Source: Flavobacteriaceae bacterium
GTDB lineage: Bacteria > Bacteroidota > Bacteroidia > Flavobacteriales > Flavobacteriaceae
DNA length: 64,000 nucleotides
Reading direction: 5' to 3'
Assembly (NCBI GenBank): GCA_029242825.1
Contig: JAQWTF010000004.1
Coordinates: forward strand, 571-64,570
Below the pieces are notes generated by a model. The model saw nothing but the letters and a program-made list of their open reading frames with translations, made no database searches and was not told where the DNA came from. Both the position numbers and the translations under genes were made by a program. Positions 31,541 through 41,265 of the stretch are shown in pieces. Positions within the stretch are counted from its first letter, which is position 1. Every line of letters begins with the position of its first letter.

Positions 31541-32482
31541 TTAAAGGTCTTTATTCTGTTTGTTTTGCAACATTTTGGGCAATTGTTTTAGCTGGGCCAA
31601 TTGTTTTAGTTGCTCCCTTGACTCTTGAACTGGTGTGCCGAAATAAGACTTGCCACCTGGAATTGATTTAGTGACCCCAGTTTGTCCCATTACTACTGCT
31701 TTTTCCCCTATAGTGATGCCACTCGTGGTACCCACTTGACCCCATAAGGTCACACGGTCTTCTATAATAACACAACCCGCGACGCCTGTTTGAGATGCTA
31801 TAAGGCAGTGTTTGCCAATCACTGTATCATGCCCTATATGCACTTGATTGTCTAATTTTGTACCTGCTCCAATGGTGGTTGTACCACTCACTCCTTTATC
31901 TATGGTACAAAGGGCCCCAATCTCTACATGATTTTCAATGCTGACCGTTCCGGTCGATACCAGTTTGTCATGACCCTCTGCCCTATTTTTATAGTAAAAT
32001 GCGTCTGCACCAATGACCGTACCTGCATGAATAGTTACATGATCACCAATAATACAATGGTCATAAATCACCACATTTGGATGAATAACACAATGCTCTC
32101 CAATCGTGACATGATTGCCTATGAAGGCTTGAGGTTGTATTAGGCTGTGTTCCCCTATTTGAGCAGTGGCAGCTATATTGGCTTGGGATGGGATAAAGGG
32201 TTTGAAATGTTTGCTCAGTACATTGAAATCACGAAAAGGATCATCTGAAATTAATAGCGCTTTACCTTGTGGGCAGGGCACTTCCTTATTGATCAATACA
32301 ATGGTAGCAGCTGAGTGTAGTGCCTTTTCATAATATTTGGGATGGTCTACAAATACAATATCTCCTGGGGTCACCACATGAATCTCATTCATCCCTGTAA
32401 CTGGGAACATGGGGTCTCCAATATAAGAGACCCCGATAATTGCAGCAATGTCTTGGAGTGTTTGAGATGTTGAAAACTTCAT
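31541..32482 (-). CDS. LpxD-like UDP-3-O-acylglucosamine N-acyltransferase paralog
   Basis: Hexapeptide repeats, KLDNQVHIGHD. Confidence 0.85.
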   Translation of the reverse strand: MKFSTSQTLQDIAAIIGVSYIGDPMFPVTGMNEIHVVTPGDIVFVDHPKYYEKALHSAATIVLINKEVPCPQGKALLISDDPFRDFNVLSKHFKPFIPSQANIAATAQIGEHSLIQPQAFIGNHVTIGEHCVIHPNVVIYDHCIIGDHVTIHAGTVIGADAFYYKNRAEGHDKLVSTGTVSIENHVEIGALCTIDKGVSGTTTIGAGTKLDNQVHIGHDTVIGKHCLIASQTGVAGCVIIEDRVTLWGQVGTTSGITIGEKAVVMGQTGVTKSIPGGKSYFGTPVQESREQLKQLAQLKQLPKMLQNKQNKDL

Positions 32483-32486
32483 CTTG

Positions 32487-33053
32487 CTACTCTTTCACTC
32501 TTTCCATATAGGCACCTTTTTCGGTGTCTATTTTAATCTTGTCTCCTTCGTTAATAAAAAGAGGCACATTTACCTGAGCTCCTGTTTCAACAGTGGCTGG
32601 TTTAGTTGCATTTGTAGCGGTATTCCCTTTTACTCCCGGTTCGGTGTAAGTAACTTCTAACACAATACTCGCCGGCATATCTACAGATAATGGGGCGCTG
32701 TCTTCTGTGTTAAATAAAATAGTCACCACAGTACCCTCTTTTAATAATCCTGGAGCATCTAATGATGATTCTGGAAGGGTAATTTGATTGTAATCTTCTG
32801 TATTCATGAAGTGATAGGTATCGCCTTCTGGATAAAGATATTGGTAAGACCTTGTCTCTACCCTAACTTCATCAATTTTATGACCTGCAGAAAATGTATT
32901 GTCTAATACTTTACCATTGCTGACACTTTTAAGCTTGGTTCTAACAAATGCTGGGCCTTTTCCTGGTTTTACGTGAAGAAATTCAATGATTTTATAAATA
33001 TCGTTGTTGTATCTAATACACAATCCTTTTCTAATATCTGATGTAGATGCCAT
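32487..33053 (-). CDS. efp: Elongation factor P
   Basis: HVKPGKGPAFVR, PGVKGNT, VPLFI. Confidence 0.97.
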   Translation of the reverse strand: MASTSDIRKGLCIRYNNDIYKIIEFLHVKPGKGPAFVRTKLKSVSNGKVLDNTFSAGHKIDEVRVETRSYQYLYPEGDTYHFMNTEDYNQITLPESSLDAPGLLKEGTVVTILFNTEDSAPLSVDMPASIVLEVTYTEPGVKGNTATNATKPATVETGAQVNVPLFINEGDKIKIDTEKGAYMERVKE

Positions 33054-33065
33054 TTTTTTATTGTC

Positions 33066-33851
33066 TTAATTATTACTAAAATATCCTTTCATTATACCCC
33101 TTTGAGAATCTCTGATAAACTGGAGAATTTCATCCCGTTCATTGGTCGCTTCCATTTCTGCTTCTATAATTTGAACGGCCTGGGTATTGTTATAATTTCT
33201 TTGATAGAGTATTCTATAGATATTCTGAATCTCTCTGATCTTATCTGTGTCAAACCCTCTTCTTCTCAATCCTACAGAGTTTATGCCTACATAAGAAAGT
33301 GGCTCTCTAGCCGCTTTGACAAATGGGGGGACATCTTTTCTCACCAAAGAGCCTCCAGTAACAAATGCGTGTTGCCCAATAGACACGAATTGATGTACGG
33401 CCACTAGACCTGCTAAAACTACATTTTCACCAATAGTTACGTGTCCTGCTAAAGTAGAATTGTTAGAAAAAATAGCATTATTACCCACCAAACAGTCATG
33501 GGCTATATGACAATATGCCATAATGAGACAATTTGAACCAATGACAGTTTTCATTCTATCCGTAGTTCCCTTATTAATAGTCACACATTCTCTTATAGTG
33601 GTGTAATCTCCAATTTCTACGGTAGTATCTTCTCCATTGTATTTTAAATCTTGTGGTGGAGCGGAAATAACTGCTCCAGGAAAAATATTACAGTTTTTCC
33701 CAATACGGGCACCTTCCATGATAGTCACGTTGGATCCTATCCAAGTGCCTTCTCCAATAATGACATTATTGTGAATGGTCGTGAAGGGTTCTACTACAAC
33801 ATTTTTGGCAATTTTCGCACCTGGGTGTATGTAAGCTAAAGGCTGGTTCAT
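33066..33851 (-). CDS. lpxA: UDP-N-acetylglucosamine acyltransferase
   Basis: PQDLKY, HIAHDC, LAGHV, HQF, GLRRRGF. Confidence 0.97.
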   Translation of the reverse strand: MNQPLAYIHPGAKIAKNVVVEPFTTIHNNVIIGEGTWIGSNVTIMEGARIGKNCNIFPGAVISAPPQDLKYNGEDTTVEIGDYTTIRECVTINKGTTDRMKTVIGSNCLIMAYCHIAHDCLVGNNAIFSNNSTLAGHVTIGENVVLAGLVAVHQFVSIGQHAFVTGGSLVRKDVPPFVKAAREPLSYVGINSVGLRRRGFDTDKIREIQNIYRILYQRNYNNTQAVQIIEAEMEATNERDEILQFIRDSQRGIMKGYFSNN

Positions 33852-35252
33852 TTATTTCTTTTTAACAATTTGGGCCATTAATTCAGCTTCACAAACCAAC
33901 TTATTATTGGCATAAGCATAGGCTTGCATATGGCATATTCCCCTTCTAATAGGAGAAATAAGACTACAGTGGAAAATTAATGTATCTCCGGGAATGACTT
34001 TTTGCTTGAATTTCACATTGTCCATTTTCATGAATAAAGTGAGGTAATTTTCAGGGTCTGGCACTGTACTTAGCACAAGAACTCCTCCTGTTTGTGCCAT
34101 GGCTTCTATTTGCAAAACACCTGGCATTACTGGTGCTCCTGGAAAATGTCCAACAAAAAAATCTTCGTTCATGGTGACATTTTTCATTCCGACTACATGG
34201 GTGTCTGAAAGTTCAATAATACGGTCTATCAGTAAAAATGGTGGCCTATGGGGAAGCATATCCATGATCTGATGTATGTCCATTAAAGGTGGTGCATTTA
34301 GATCATATTTAGGCACCTGATTTCTCTTTTCTGCCTTAATCATGGCACAGAGTTTTTTTGCAAACTGAGTGTTTACATAGTGTCCTGGCTTGGTGGCTAT
34401 CACTTTACCCCTGATTCTAGTGCCTGCCAACGCTAAATCTCCTATGACATCTAATAACTTATGTCTGGCTGCTTCATTAGGTTGATTTAAAGTGAGATTA
34501 TCTAAAATTCCATTTGGTTTTACAGATAATTTAGATTTGTTAAACGCTTTTTCTAGCTTAAGCATTGTTTCAGGAGAAATCTCTTTGTCTACGTAAACAA
34601 TAGCGTTATTTAGATCTCCTCCTTTGATTAAACCATGATCTAGTAGGGTTTCTAATTCGTGTAAAAAACTAAAGGTTCTAGCCTCTGAAATCTCACTTTT
34701 GAATTCGGAAATATGGTTTAAAGTAGCATTTTGAGTACCTAATACTTTAGTGCCAAAATCTACCATGGTGGTTACTTGGTAATGATCCGCAGGAATTAAG
34801 GTAATTTCAGATCCTGAAGTTTCATCTGTGAAAGTAATCACTTCAGTCACTACAAATTCTTCTCTAAGCGCTTCTAGAGTCTCTATACCAGCACTTTCTA
34901 AAGCAGCAATAAAAAACTTTGAAGATCCATCCATAATGGGTGGTTCAGCAGCGTTTAATTCAATGAGAACATTGTCTATTTCCAAACCAACTAAGGCAGC
35001 GAGTACATGCTCTGAAGTTTGAATACTCACCCCGTCTTTTTCTAAATTTGTACCCCTTTGGGTGTTCACTACATATTGTGCTTCTGCTTGAATAGTAGGC
35101 GTCTCTTTTAAATCTACTCTTTTAAATCTGTAGCCTGTATTTTCCAGGGCTGGTTTAAAAGTCATGGTCACTTCTGCTCCTGTATGTAACCCTACTCCAG
35201 TGAGTGTTACTTCTTTAGCAATGGTAGTTTGTGCAACTGTCTTTTCTAACAT
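33852..35252 (-). CDS. lpxC-fabZ: Bifunctional LpxC / FabZ fusion
   Basis: GVGLHTG, EH.LAAL, HKLLDVIGDL (LpxC); LPHRPPFLLID, GHFP..PVMPGVLQIEAMAQ (FabZ). Confidence 0.95.
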   Translation of the reverse strand: MLEKTVAQTTIAKEVTLTGVGLHTGAEVTMTFKPALENTGYRFKRVDLKETPTIQAEAQYVVNTQRGTNLEKDGVSIQTSEHVLAALVGLEIDNVLIELNAAEPPIMDGSSKFFIAALESAGIETLEALREEFVVTEVITFTDETSGSEITLIPADHYQVTTMVDFGTKVLGTQNATLNHISEFKSEISEARTFSFLHELETLLDHGLIKGGDLNNAIVYVDKEISPETMLKLEKAFNKSKLSVKPNGILDNLTLNQPNEAARHKLLDVIGDLALAGTRIRGKVIATKPGHYVNTQFAKKLCAMIKAEKRNQVPKYDLNAPPLMDIHQIMDMLPHRPPFLLIDRIIELSDTHVVGMKNVTMNEDFFVGHFPGAPVMPGVLQIEAMAQTGGVLVLSTVPDPENYLTLFMKMDNVKFKQKVIPGDTLIFHCSLISPIRRGICHMQAYAYANNKLVCEAELMAQIVKKK

Positions 35253-36265
35253 TACAAATAATCTTTTGTATCTAGTTTATGAATGGTTTTTGGCAAATTT
35301 TTAAAATGGACATAAGATTTATTAAAATCTTGATATCCAAAAGCTGGTGATCCCTGTAAGACCTCCTTAGATTTTACATTTCTTCCTACTCCTGATTGGG
35401 CCTGTACTTTCACATAATCACCAATGGTAATGTGGCCTACAATACCTACTTGGCCTCCGATCATACAGTGTTTTCCAATTTTGGTAGAACCTGCTATTCC
35501 GGTCTGAGCAGCAATGACTGTATGTGCTCCAACTTCTACGTTATGTGCAATTTGAATCTGATTATCTAATTTAACCCCTTCTCTAATTAGAGTGACACCA
35601 ATGGTAGCCCTGTCTATTGTTGTTCCTGCACCTACATCTACGTGATCCTCAATAATGACACGACCAATTTGTGGAATCTTTGTATAGCTACCGTCTTCTT
35701 GGGGCGCAAATCCAAAACCATCTGAACCAATCACAGCATTGGGGTGAATAACACAATGATTTCCAATCACAGTATCTGAGCATATTCTCGCTCCCGGAAA
35801 AATAGTCACCTCATTCCCTATAGTCACATTTTCTGCAATATGAACATTGGGATGAATCGTTACATTATTCCCTATTTTAGTGTGGGCTCCGATATAAGAA
35901 AAAGCCCCTAAATATAGGTTCTTTCCATAGGTAGCTTCTTTGTTTACATAACTCGGAGACTCAATACCAGATTTGGTTTTCTTAATACTGTCGTAATAAG
36001 ACAACAACTTAGAAAATGCACCATAGGCATCTGGAACTTTGATCAATGTTGTACGCAGCTCTTTTTCTGGTACAAAGGTGTCGTTCACTATAGTGATGGA
36101 CGCATTTGTTTTATATATATAAGGCGTGTATTTCTGGTTGGATAAAAAGGTTAAACTCCCTTTTTCTCCTTCCTCTATTTTAGAGACCGTTTGAACCTCC
36201 ACGTCTGGGTTGCCTTCTACTTCACCTTCTAGGATCGAAGCAATTTGGCGCGCTGTAAATTTCAT
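35252..36265 (-). CDS. lpxD: UDP-3-O-(3-hydroxyacyl)glucosamine N-acyltransferase
   Basis: [30 protein letters not shown]; TACTTTTG at 36270-36277 just upstream. Confidence 0.95.
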   Translation of the reverse strand: MKFTARQIASILEGEVEGNPDVEVQTVSKIEEGEKGSLTFLSNQKYTPYIYKTNASITIVNDTFVPEKELRTTLIKVPDAYGAFSKLLSYYDSIKKTKSGIESPSYVNKEATYGKNLYLGAFSYIGAHTKIGNNVTIHPNVHIAENVTIGNEVTIFPGARICSDTVIGNHCVIHPNAVIGSDGFGFAPQEDGSYTKIPQIGRVIIEDHVDVGAGTTIDRATIGVTLIREGVKLDNQIQIAHNVEVGAHTVIAAQTGIAGSTKIGKHCMIGGQVGIVGHITIGDYVKVQAQSGVGRNVKSKEVLQGSPAFGYQDFNKSYVHFKNLPKTIHKLDTKDYL

Positions 36266-36288
36266 AGTGCAAAAGTAAGAAATAATAC

Positions 36289-37512
36289 TTAAAAGCCTTT
36301 TTTAGGATAGCATATATAATACTTCTCCACCTTATGGGTCAATGCTTCGAAAAACGAAGGGGCTAATTGGGTAGCAATATTGACTTTTTTGCCTGATTTT
36401 TTGATCATATAGATGGGCGTATTTAATGGATTATAGGCCAGATTAGAAAAGGTTCCTGAGAACACAAAATAAGGCCATGTATCCTTTTCGTAGCCTGCTG
36501 CCTCTAATAGTTTTGTTTTCGTAGCTTTTTTTGTTTCAGAAAATGGGGTTTCTTTAATTTTAATTTTCAACAAACTACGGTTTAATATCATCCCACATAA
36601 ATGCGACAAAACAACATCTTTATGATCGCTCCAAGTCTTTATAGCTGCGTAAATATCAGTGTCGTCTAATTTTGAAAATTGCTCCATAGTCTCATCCGAC
36701 AATTGTATGCCATCCTGATGATTTAAAAAATACATTAAAGCGTTTGTTGCTTGTAAATGCTCTCCTTGCTTAAGTAAGGTCTTTGCCCTTTCAAAAATTT
36801 TAATCAATATGGCTTCTGCTGCAATACCTGTTTTATGCAAGTATACCTGCCAGTACATAAAACGTCTGGCCATGAGGTATTTTTCAACTGAATAAAGTCC
36901 TTTTTCTTCAATCACTAGAGTCTGATCTACTACATTAAGCATACTGATCAATCGTTCAGAATTAATATTTCCTTCAGCTACGCCAGTGTAAAAGCTATCC
37001 CTTTTTAAATAATCAAGCCTATCTACATCTAATTGACTAGAAACAAGTTGATTAAAAAACAACCTTTCGCTTTCTCCTTTAAAAATTGTTATGGCTAAAC
37101 TTAAAGCGCCATTAAACTGATCGTTTAAAATATGCATGAACTTTAAAGAAAGTGTTTCATGACTAATCTTGGGTATTATGCTATGCTCCATGGCATGAGA
37201 AAAAGGGCCATGGCCAATGTCATGCAATAAAATGGCTATTTGTAAAGCCCTTGATTCTTCCTTGTTAATAGCAACGCCTTTGGATTGCAAAACACTAATA
37301 GATTGCTGCATGAGATGTACACAACCTAAGGCATGATGAAACCTTGTATGGTGTGCACCAGGATAGACTAGAGAAGATAAGCCCACCTGAGCTATTCTTC
37401 TAAGTCTCTGGAAATAAGGCGTTTCAATAAGTTCCAAAATTAGGGGGTCATTAATCCTGATAAATCCGTAAATTGGATCGTTGAATACGTATTGTTTTAA
37501 ATTGGTTTTCAA
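36289..37512 (-). CDS. HD-domain phosphohydrolase (dNTP triphosphohydrolase-like)
   Basis: [39 protein letters not shown]; TTG start at 37512 inferred from TATATTTG at 37531-37538 (minus). Confidence 0.9.
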   Translation of the reverse strand: MKTNLKQYVFNDPIYGFIRINDPLILELIETPYFQRLRRIAQVGLSSLVYPGAHHTRFHHALGCVHLMQQSISVLQSKGVAINKEESRALQIAILLHDIGHGPFSHAMEHSIIPKISHETLSLKFMHILNDQFNGALSLAITIFKGESERLFFNQLVSSQLDVDRLDYLKRDSFYTGVAEGNINSERLISMLNVVDQTLVIEEKGLYSVEKYLMARRFMYWQVYLHKTGIAAEAILIKIFERAKTLLKQGEHLQATNALMYFLNHQDGIQLSDETMEQFSKLDDTDIYAAIKTWSDHKDVVLSHLCGMILNRSLLKIKIKETPFSETKKATKTKLLEAAGYEKDTWPYFVFSGTFSNLAYNPLNTPIYMIKKSGKKVNIATQLAPSFFEALTHKVEKYYICYPKKGF

Positions 37513-37546
37513 AAGCCAGATTATTTTAAACAAATATACACACTTA

Positions 37547-39091
37547 ATGAATAAACACTGCATTTTATGGATAGATGATGAGGTAGATTATCTAAAACCA
37601 CACTTCCTTTTTTTAAATCAAAAGGGCTATGATGTCATTGGCTTTAACAGTGCCCATGAAGGACTAGTCTATCTTGAGCAAAATGAAGTGAGTATTGTTT
37701 TATTAGATGAAAACATGCCTGGCATATCTGGTTTGGAAGCCTTGACAATTATAAGTGAAAAGGGAATTAATGTCCCCGTAATCATGATTACTAATAACCA
37801 GGAAGAATACACTTTAAACCAAGCGCTTTCCAATAGTGTTGTTGATTTTTTATTTAAACCCATACACCCTAATCAAGTATATGCTTCTGTTAAAAAAGTA
37901 TTGGAACAAAAACTAATCACAAACGACAAAAAACAAGCAGATTTTCTAAGCAGTCATTTAAAAATATCGGAGGCTATTTATGAGGCTAATAGTATAGATG
38001 ACTTTTATCGCTTGTACCAATCCCTTGTAGCATGGCAAATACAGTTTGAAAACAGCCATAATAAATTATTATTAGATATGCTAGAGGGGCATTTCCAAAA
38101 TGCCAATTTAAAATTTTCAGAATTGGTGACAGACTCCTATGAATCATGGATTCAACACGCCAATGGCCCCATTTTTTCTCATCAATTATTAGACAAAAAA
38201 ATCATCCCTTTAACCAAAGAGAAAAAAACATTGGTGTTGCTTTTAGACAATCTAAGAGTAGATCATTGGCAAACTATTAAACCTGTTTTAGAAGCACAGT
38301 TTAATGTGGTAAAAGATGTGTTTTATACCGCTATTTTACCCACAGTAACTCAATACGCTAGAAACGCTATCTTTTCTGGATTACTTCCTATTGAAATTAA
38401 AAACAACTATCCCAAACAATGGAAAGAGGACACTGAAGAAGGCTTGAAAAATGAATTTGAAGCTTTATTTTTTAAAGATTATTGTGAAAGAAAAAACTTA
38501 AAAATATCCCATTCTTACGTAAAAATTAATCATAATAAACAAGCAACTGATTACATAAAGGATTTTAAAAAAATAGCAAAAAATGATTTGAATTTTGCTG
38601 TAGTTGGCTTTATAGATCAGCTTTCTCACGCCAAAACAACCCATCAGATCATAAATGACATAACACACAACAACAAAGCCTACAGAGAAACTACATTGAA
38701 TTGGTTTTCAAATACATATCTACAAGAAATTTTAAAGCTGACTATAGATCATAATATTCAACTAATTATCACCACAGATCACGGAGCCATTCAGGTAGAA
38801 CATCCAAGCATGCTAAAAGGAAATAGAGACCATACAGATAATTTGAGATATAAAAACGGCCACAGAATAAATAGCAGCGCAAAATCGAGCTTCCAAGTAG
38901 ATGTTCCAGAAAATATTGGCCTTCCTAAAAGCAGCTTGGCTAGCACCTATGTATTTGCTAAAAACAAATCTTTCTTTGTTTACCCTAATGAATTTAACAA
39001 ATTCGCAGATAAGTACAGAAATTCATATCAACACGGAGGTATTTCCATGGAAGAAATGATGGTGCCTTTTGTGGTGTTAGTACCTAAATAA
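37547..39091 (+). CDS. porX: PorX-type response regulator (receiver + PglZ/alkaline-phosphatase-like domain)
   Basis: WIDDE, LLDENMPG, FKP receiver; LDNLR, LPTVTQYARNAIFSG, TDHG, YQHGGIS; HD-porX-tsaE context; start placed at ATG 37547. Confidence 0.88.
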   Translation: MNKHCILWIDDEVDYLKPHFLFLNQKGYDVIGFNSAHEGLVYLEQNEVSIVLLDENMPGISGLEALTIISEKGINVPVIMITNNQEEYTLNQALSNSVVDFLFKPIHPNQVYASVKKVLEQKLITNDKKQADFLSSHLKISEAIYEANSIDDFYRLYQSLVAWQIQFENSHNKLLLDMLEGHFQNANLKFSELVTDSYESWIQHANGPIFSHQLLDKKIIPLTKEKKTLVLLLDNLRVDHWQTIKPVLEAQFNVVKDVFYTAILPTVTQYARNAIFSGLLPIEIKNNYPKQWKEDTEEGLKNEFEALFFKDYCERKNLKISHSYVKINHNKQATDYIKDFKKIAKNDLNFAVVGFIDQLSHAKTTHQIINDITHNNKAYRETTLNWFSNTYLQEILKLTIDHNIQLIITTDHGAIQVEHPSMLKGNRDHTDNLRYKNGHRINSSAKSSFQVDVPENIGLPKSSLASTYVFAKNKSFFVYPNEFNKFADKYRNSYQHGGISMEEMMVPFVVLVPK

Positions 39092-39251
39092 AAACTAATA
39101 AAAAACACAAATGGTTTGGATAATTAATAAGGCTATGGTGATCATACTAAAGAAATTATAATACTTTAAAAACAGTTCCTATATTTGAATGTTTTAACAA
39201 TATGACACACAATTTTTCAATTCCATCACAAAAGCTCATTTTTTCGATTAA

Positions 39252-39665
39252 ATGCTAGATATTATCTATAAAGAGTCTGATTTAGAAAATCTTTCTCGAG
39301 TACTAATAAAAGAATTGCCCTCCAAAATCGTTTGTTTTGAGGCTCCAATGGGTGCTGGAAAAACAACACTCATAAAAGCTATTTTGAAAGCGCTAGAGGC
39401 ATCTGACAGTGGCCAAAGCCCCAGTTTTGGAATTGTCAATGAATATCCAGATGTTGATGGGAATACCTTAGCTTATCACTTTGATTTTTACAGGCTCAAC
39501 AGCTTAGAGGAAGCTATGGATTTTGGCATAGAAGAATACCTTGATTTTGATGGATGGATTTTTATTGAATGGCCTGAAATAATTAAAAGTTTACTCCCTA
39601 AAAATGTTACTTTTTTAGAAATAAGTATCTTGGATCACACAACAAGACAACTTTACATACAATAA
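39252..39665 (+). CDS. tsaE: t6A biosynthesis ATPase TsaE
   Basis: MGAGKTT, SPSF, YHFDFYRL, IEWPE. Confidence 0.95.
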   Translation: MLDIIYKESDLENLSRVLIKELPSKIVCFEAPMGAGKTTLIKAILKALEASDSGQSPSFGIVNEYPDVDGNTLAYHFDFYRLNSLEEAMDFGIEEYLDFDGWIFIEWPEIIKSLLPKNVTFLEISILDHTTRQLYIQ

Positions 39666-39667
39666 TC

Positions 39668-40864
39668 ATGAATCCTACCTCACCTTTTAGTACAGAAGAA
39701 CTCAAAACACAAGAAGAACGATTAGAGATTCTCAGTAAAAAAGGAGACTTGAATATTGGGGTTCCCAAAGAAGATACTGCTTCTGAAAAAAGGGTTTGCC
39801 TTACTCCTGACGCAGTTTCTGCTTTAATTTCAAATAACCACAGGGTTCTTATTGAATCTGGTGCTGGATCAGCTTCTAGCTTTTCAGATGAAGATTATAT
39901 TAAAGCAGGGGCATTAGTAACTAAATTCAAAAAAGAAGTATTTGAGTGTCCACTTATTTTAAAGGTGTCCCCACCTAGCCTTTCTGAAATAGATTTGATT
40001 AAACCCAATAGCTTACTCATATCTGCCATTCAAAAAAAAACACAAAATAAAGCTTATTTCACTGCTTTAGAAGCTAAGAAAATCACTGCTATTGGATTTG
40101 AGCTAATCACAGATAGAGACGGAAGCTTTCCTGTTTTAAAATCTTTGAGTCAAATTGGAGGTACTGCTGCTGTTCATATTGCGGCGGAACTAATGTCTTC
40201 TTCCAACAACGGGAAAGGACTTCTTTTTGGTAATATGAGCGGAATACCGCCGGTAGAGGTGGTTGTTTTTGGTGCAGGTACTGCTGGGAGCTACGCAGCA
40301 GAGTCTGCCCTTAATTTTGGAGCTTCTGTAAAGGTATTTGACGCGTCTGTTTCAAGACTCAGAGCTTTACAGGACCGTTTAAATGTCCCTATTTTCACTT
40401 CTACCCTTCAGCCCAAAAACATACTTAAAGCACTTAGAAGATGTGACGTAGCTATAGGGGCTCAAATGGGTAAAAACCACAGCCCTATTATTGTACAAGA
40501 ATCTATGGTATCTCATATGAAAAAGGGAGCCGTTATTATAGATATGAGTATTGATCAGGGAGGTTGCTTTGAAACTTCCGAACTCACCACCCATCAAAAG
40601 CCAACCATTGAAAAGTTTGGTGTAATTCATTATTGTGTTCCAAATATTCCAGCTAGGTACCCTAAAACAGCCTCTGTTTCAATAAGCAATATTTGTCTTC
40701 CTTACCTTTTGGAAATTGCAGAAAAAGGTGGTTTAGAAAATGCCCTTAGATATGATAATGGTCTAAGGAATGGCTTGTATCTTTACCGCGGTATTCTAAC
40801 AAATGCTGCTTTAGCAGAATGGTATGAATTGCCATTTAACGACATTAATTTTTTAATATTCTAG
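39668..40864 (+). CDS. Alanine dehydrogenase / PNT family protein
   Basis: IGVPKE, E.RV.LTP, GAGTAG, DQGGCFETS, VPNIP; catalytic His position appears substituted. Confidence 0.8.
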   Translation: MNPTSPFSTEELKTQEERLEILSKKGDLNIGVPKEDTASEKRVCLTPDAVSALISNNHRVLIESGAGSASSFSDEDYIKAGALVTKFKKEVFECPLILKVSPPSLSEIDLIKPNSLLISAIQKKTQNKAYFTALEAKKITAIGFELITDRDGSFPVLKSLSQIGGTAAVHIAAELMSSSNNGKGLLFGNMSGIPPVEVVVFGAGTAGSYAAESALNFGASVKVFDASVSRLRALQDRLNVPIFTSTLQPKNILKALRRCDVAIGAQMGKNHSPIIVQESMVSHMKKGAVIIDMSIDQGGCFETSELTTHQKPTIEKFGVIHYCVPNIPARYPKTASVSISNICLPYLLEIAEKGGLENALRYDNGLRNGLYLYRGILTNAALAEWYELPFNDINFLIF

Positions 40865-40865
40865 T

Positions 40866-41258
40866 ATGCCCTTTATAAAGAGATTAGGTTATTTCTTGTT
40901 TGGATTATCTATTGGTTTGGTTTTTTTAGCTTTTTTTCTAAATAAAAAAACCAAGGAAACAGGCACCTCGTTTTGCTATTTACCCAATTGTAGGGTTTTA
41001 AAAGATATGAGGAGTAAACCGCTGTATTTTTCTGAAAGTATTGACCAAGATTTATTGAATAAAACTTTAGACAGCCTTACCATTAATTACTTTTTCCTAG
41101 AGGGAGATGTGAATTTCTCTTTGAGCGACACAAAATCTGTTCCATGCAAGACCTACGTCATAGAAGCTGAAATTAAACATAAGGAGGCATTGCTAACAGT
41201 TAAAAATTGCCCCTCTAAGCTTGAAGTTCAAGAATTTGAATGGACTAAAGAAGATTAA
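40866..41258 (+). CDS. Conserved hypothetical membrane-anchored protein (DUF4258-like)
   Basis: N-terminal TM, FCYLPNCRVLK, GDV.FS.S. Confidence 0.6.
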   Translation: MPFIKRLGYFLFGLSIGLVFLAFFLNKKTKETGTSFCYLPNCRVLKDMRSKPLYFSESIDQDLLNKTLDSLTINYFFLEGDVNFSLSDTKSVPCKTYVIEAEIKHKEALLTVKNCPSKLEVQEFEWTKED

Positions 41259-41265
41259 TCTAGAT

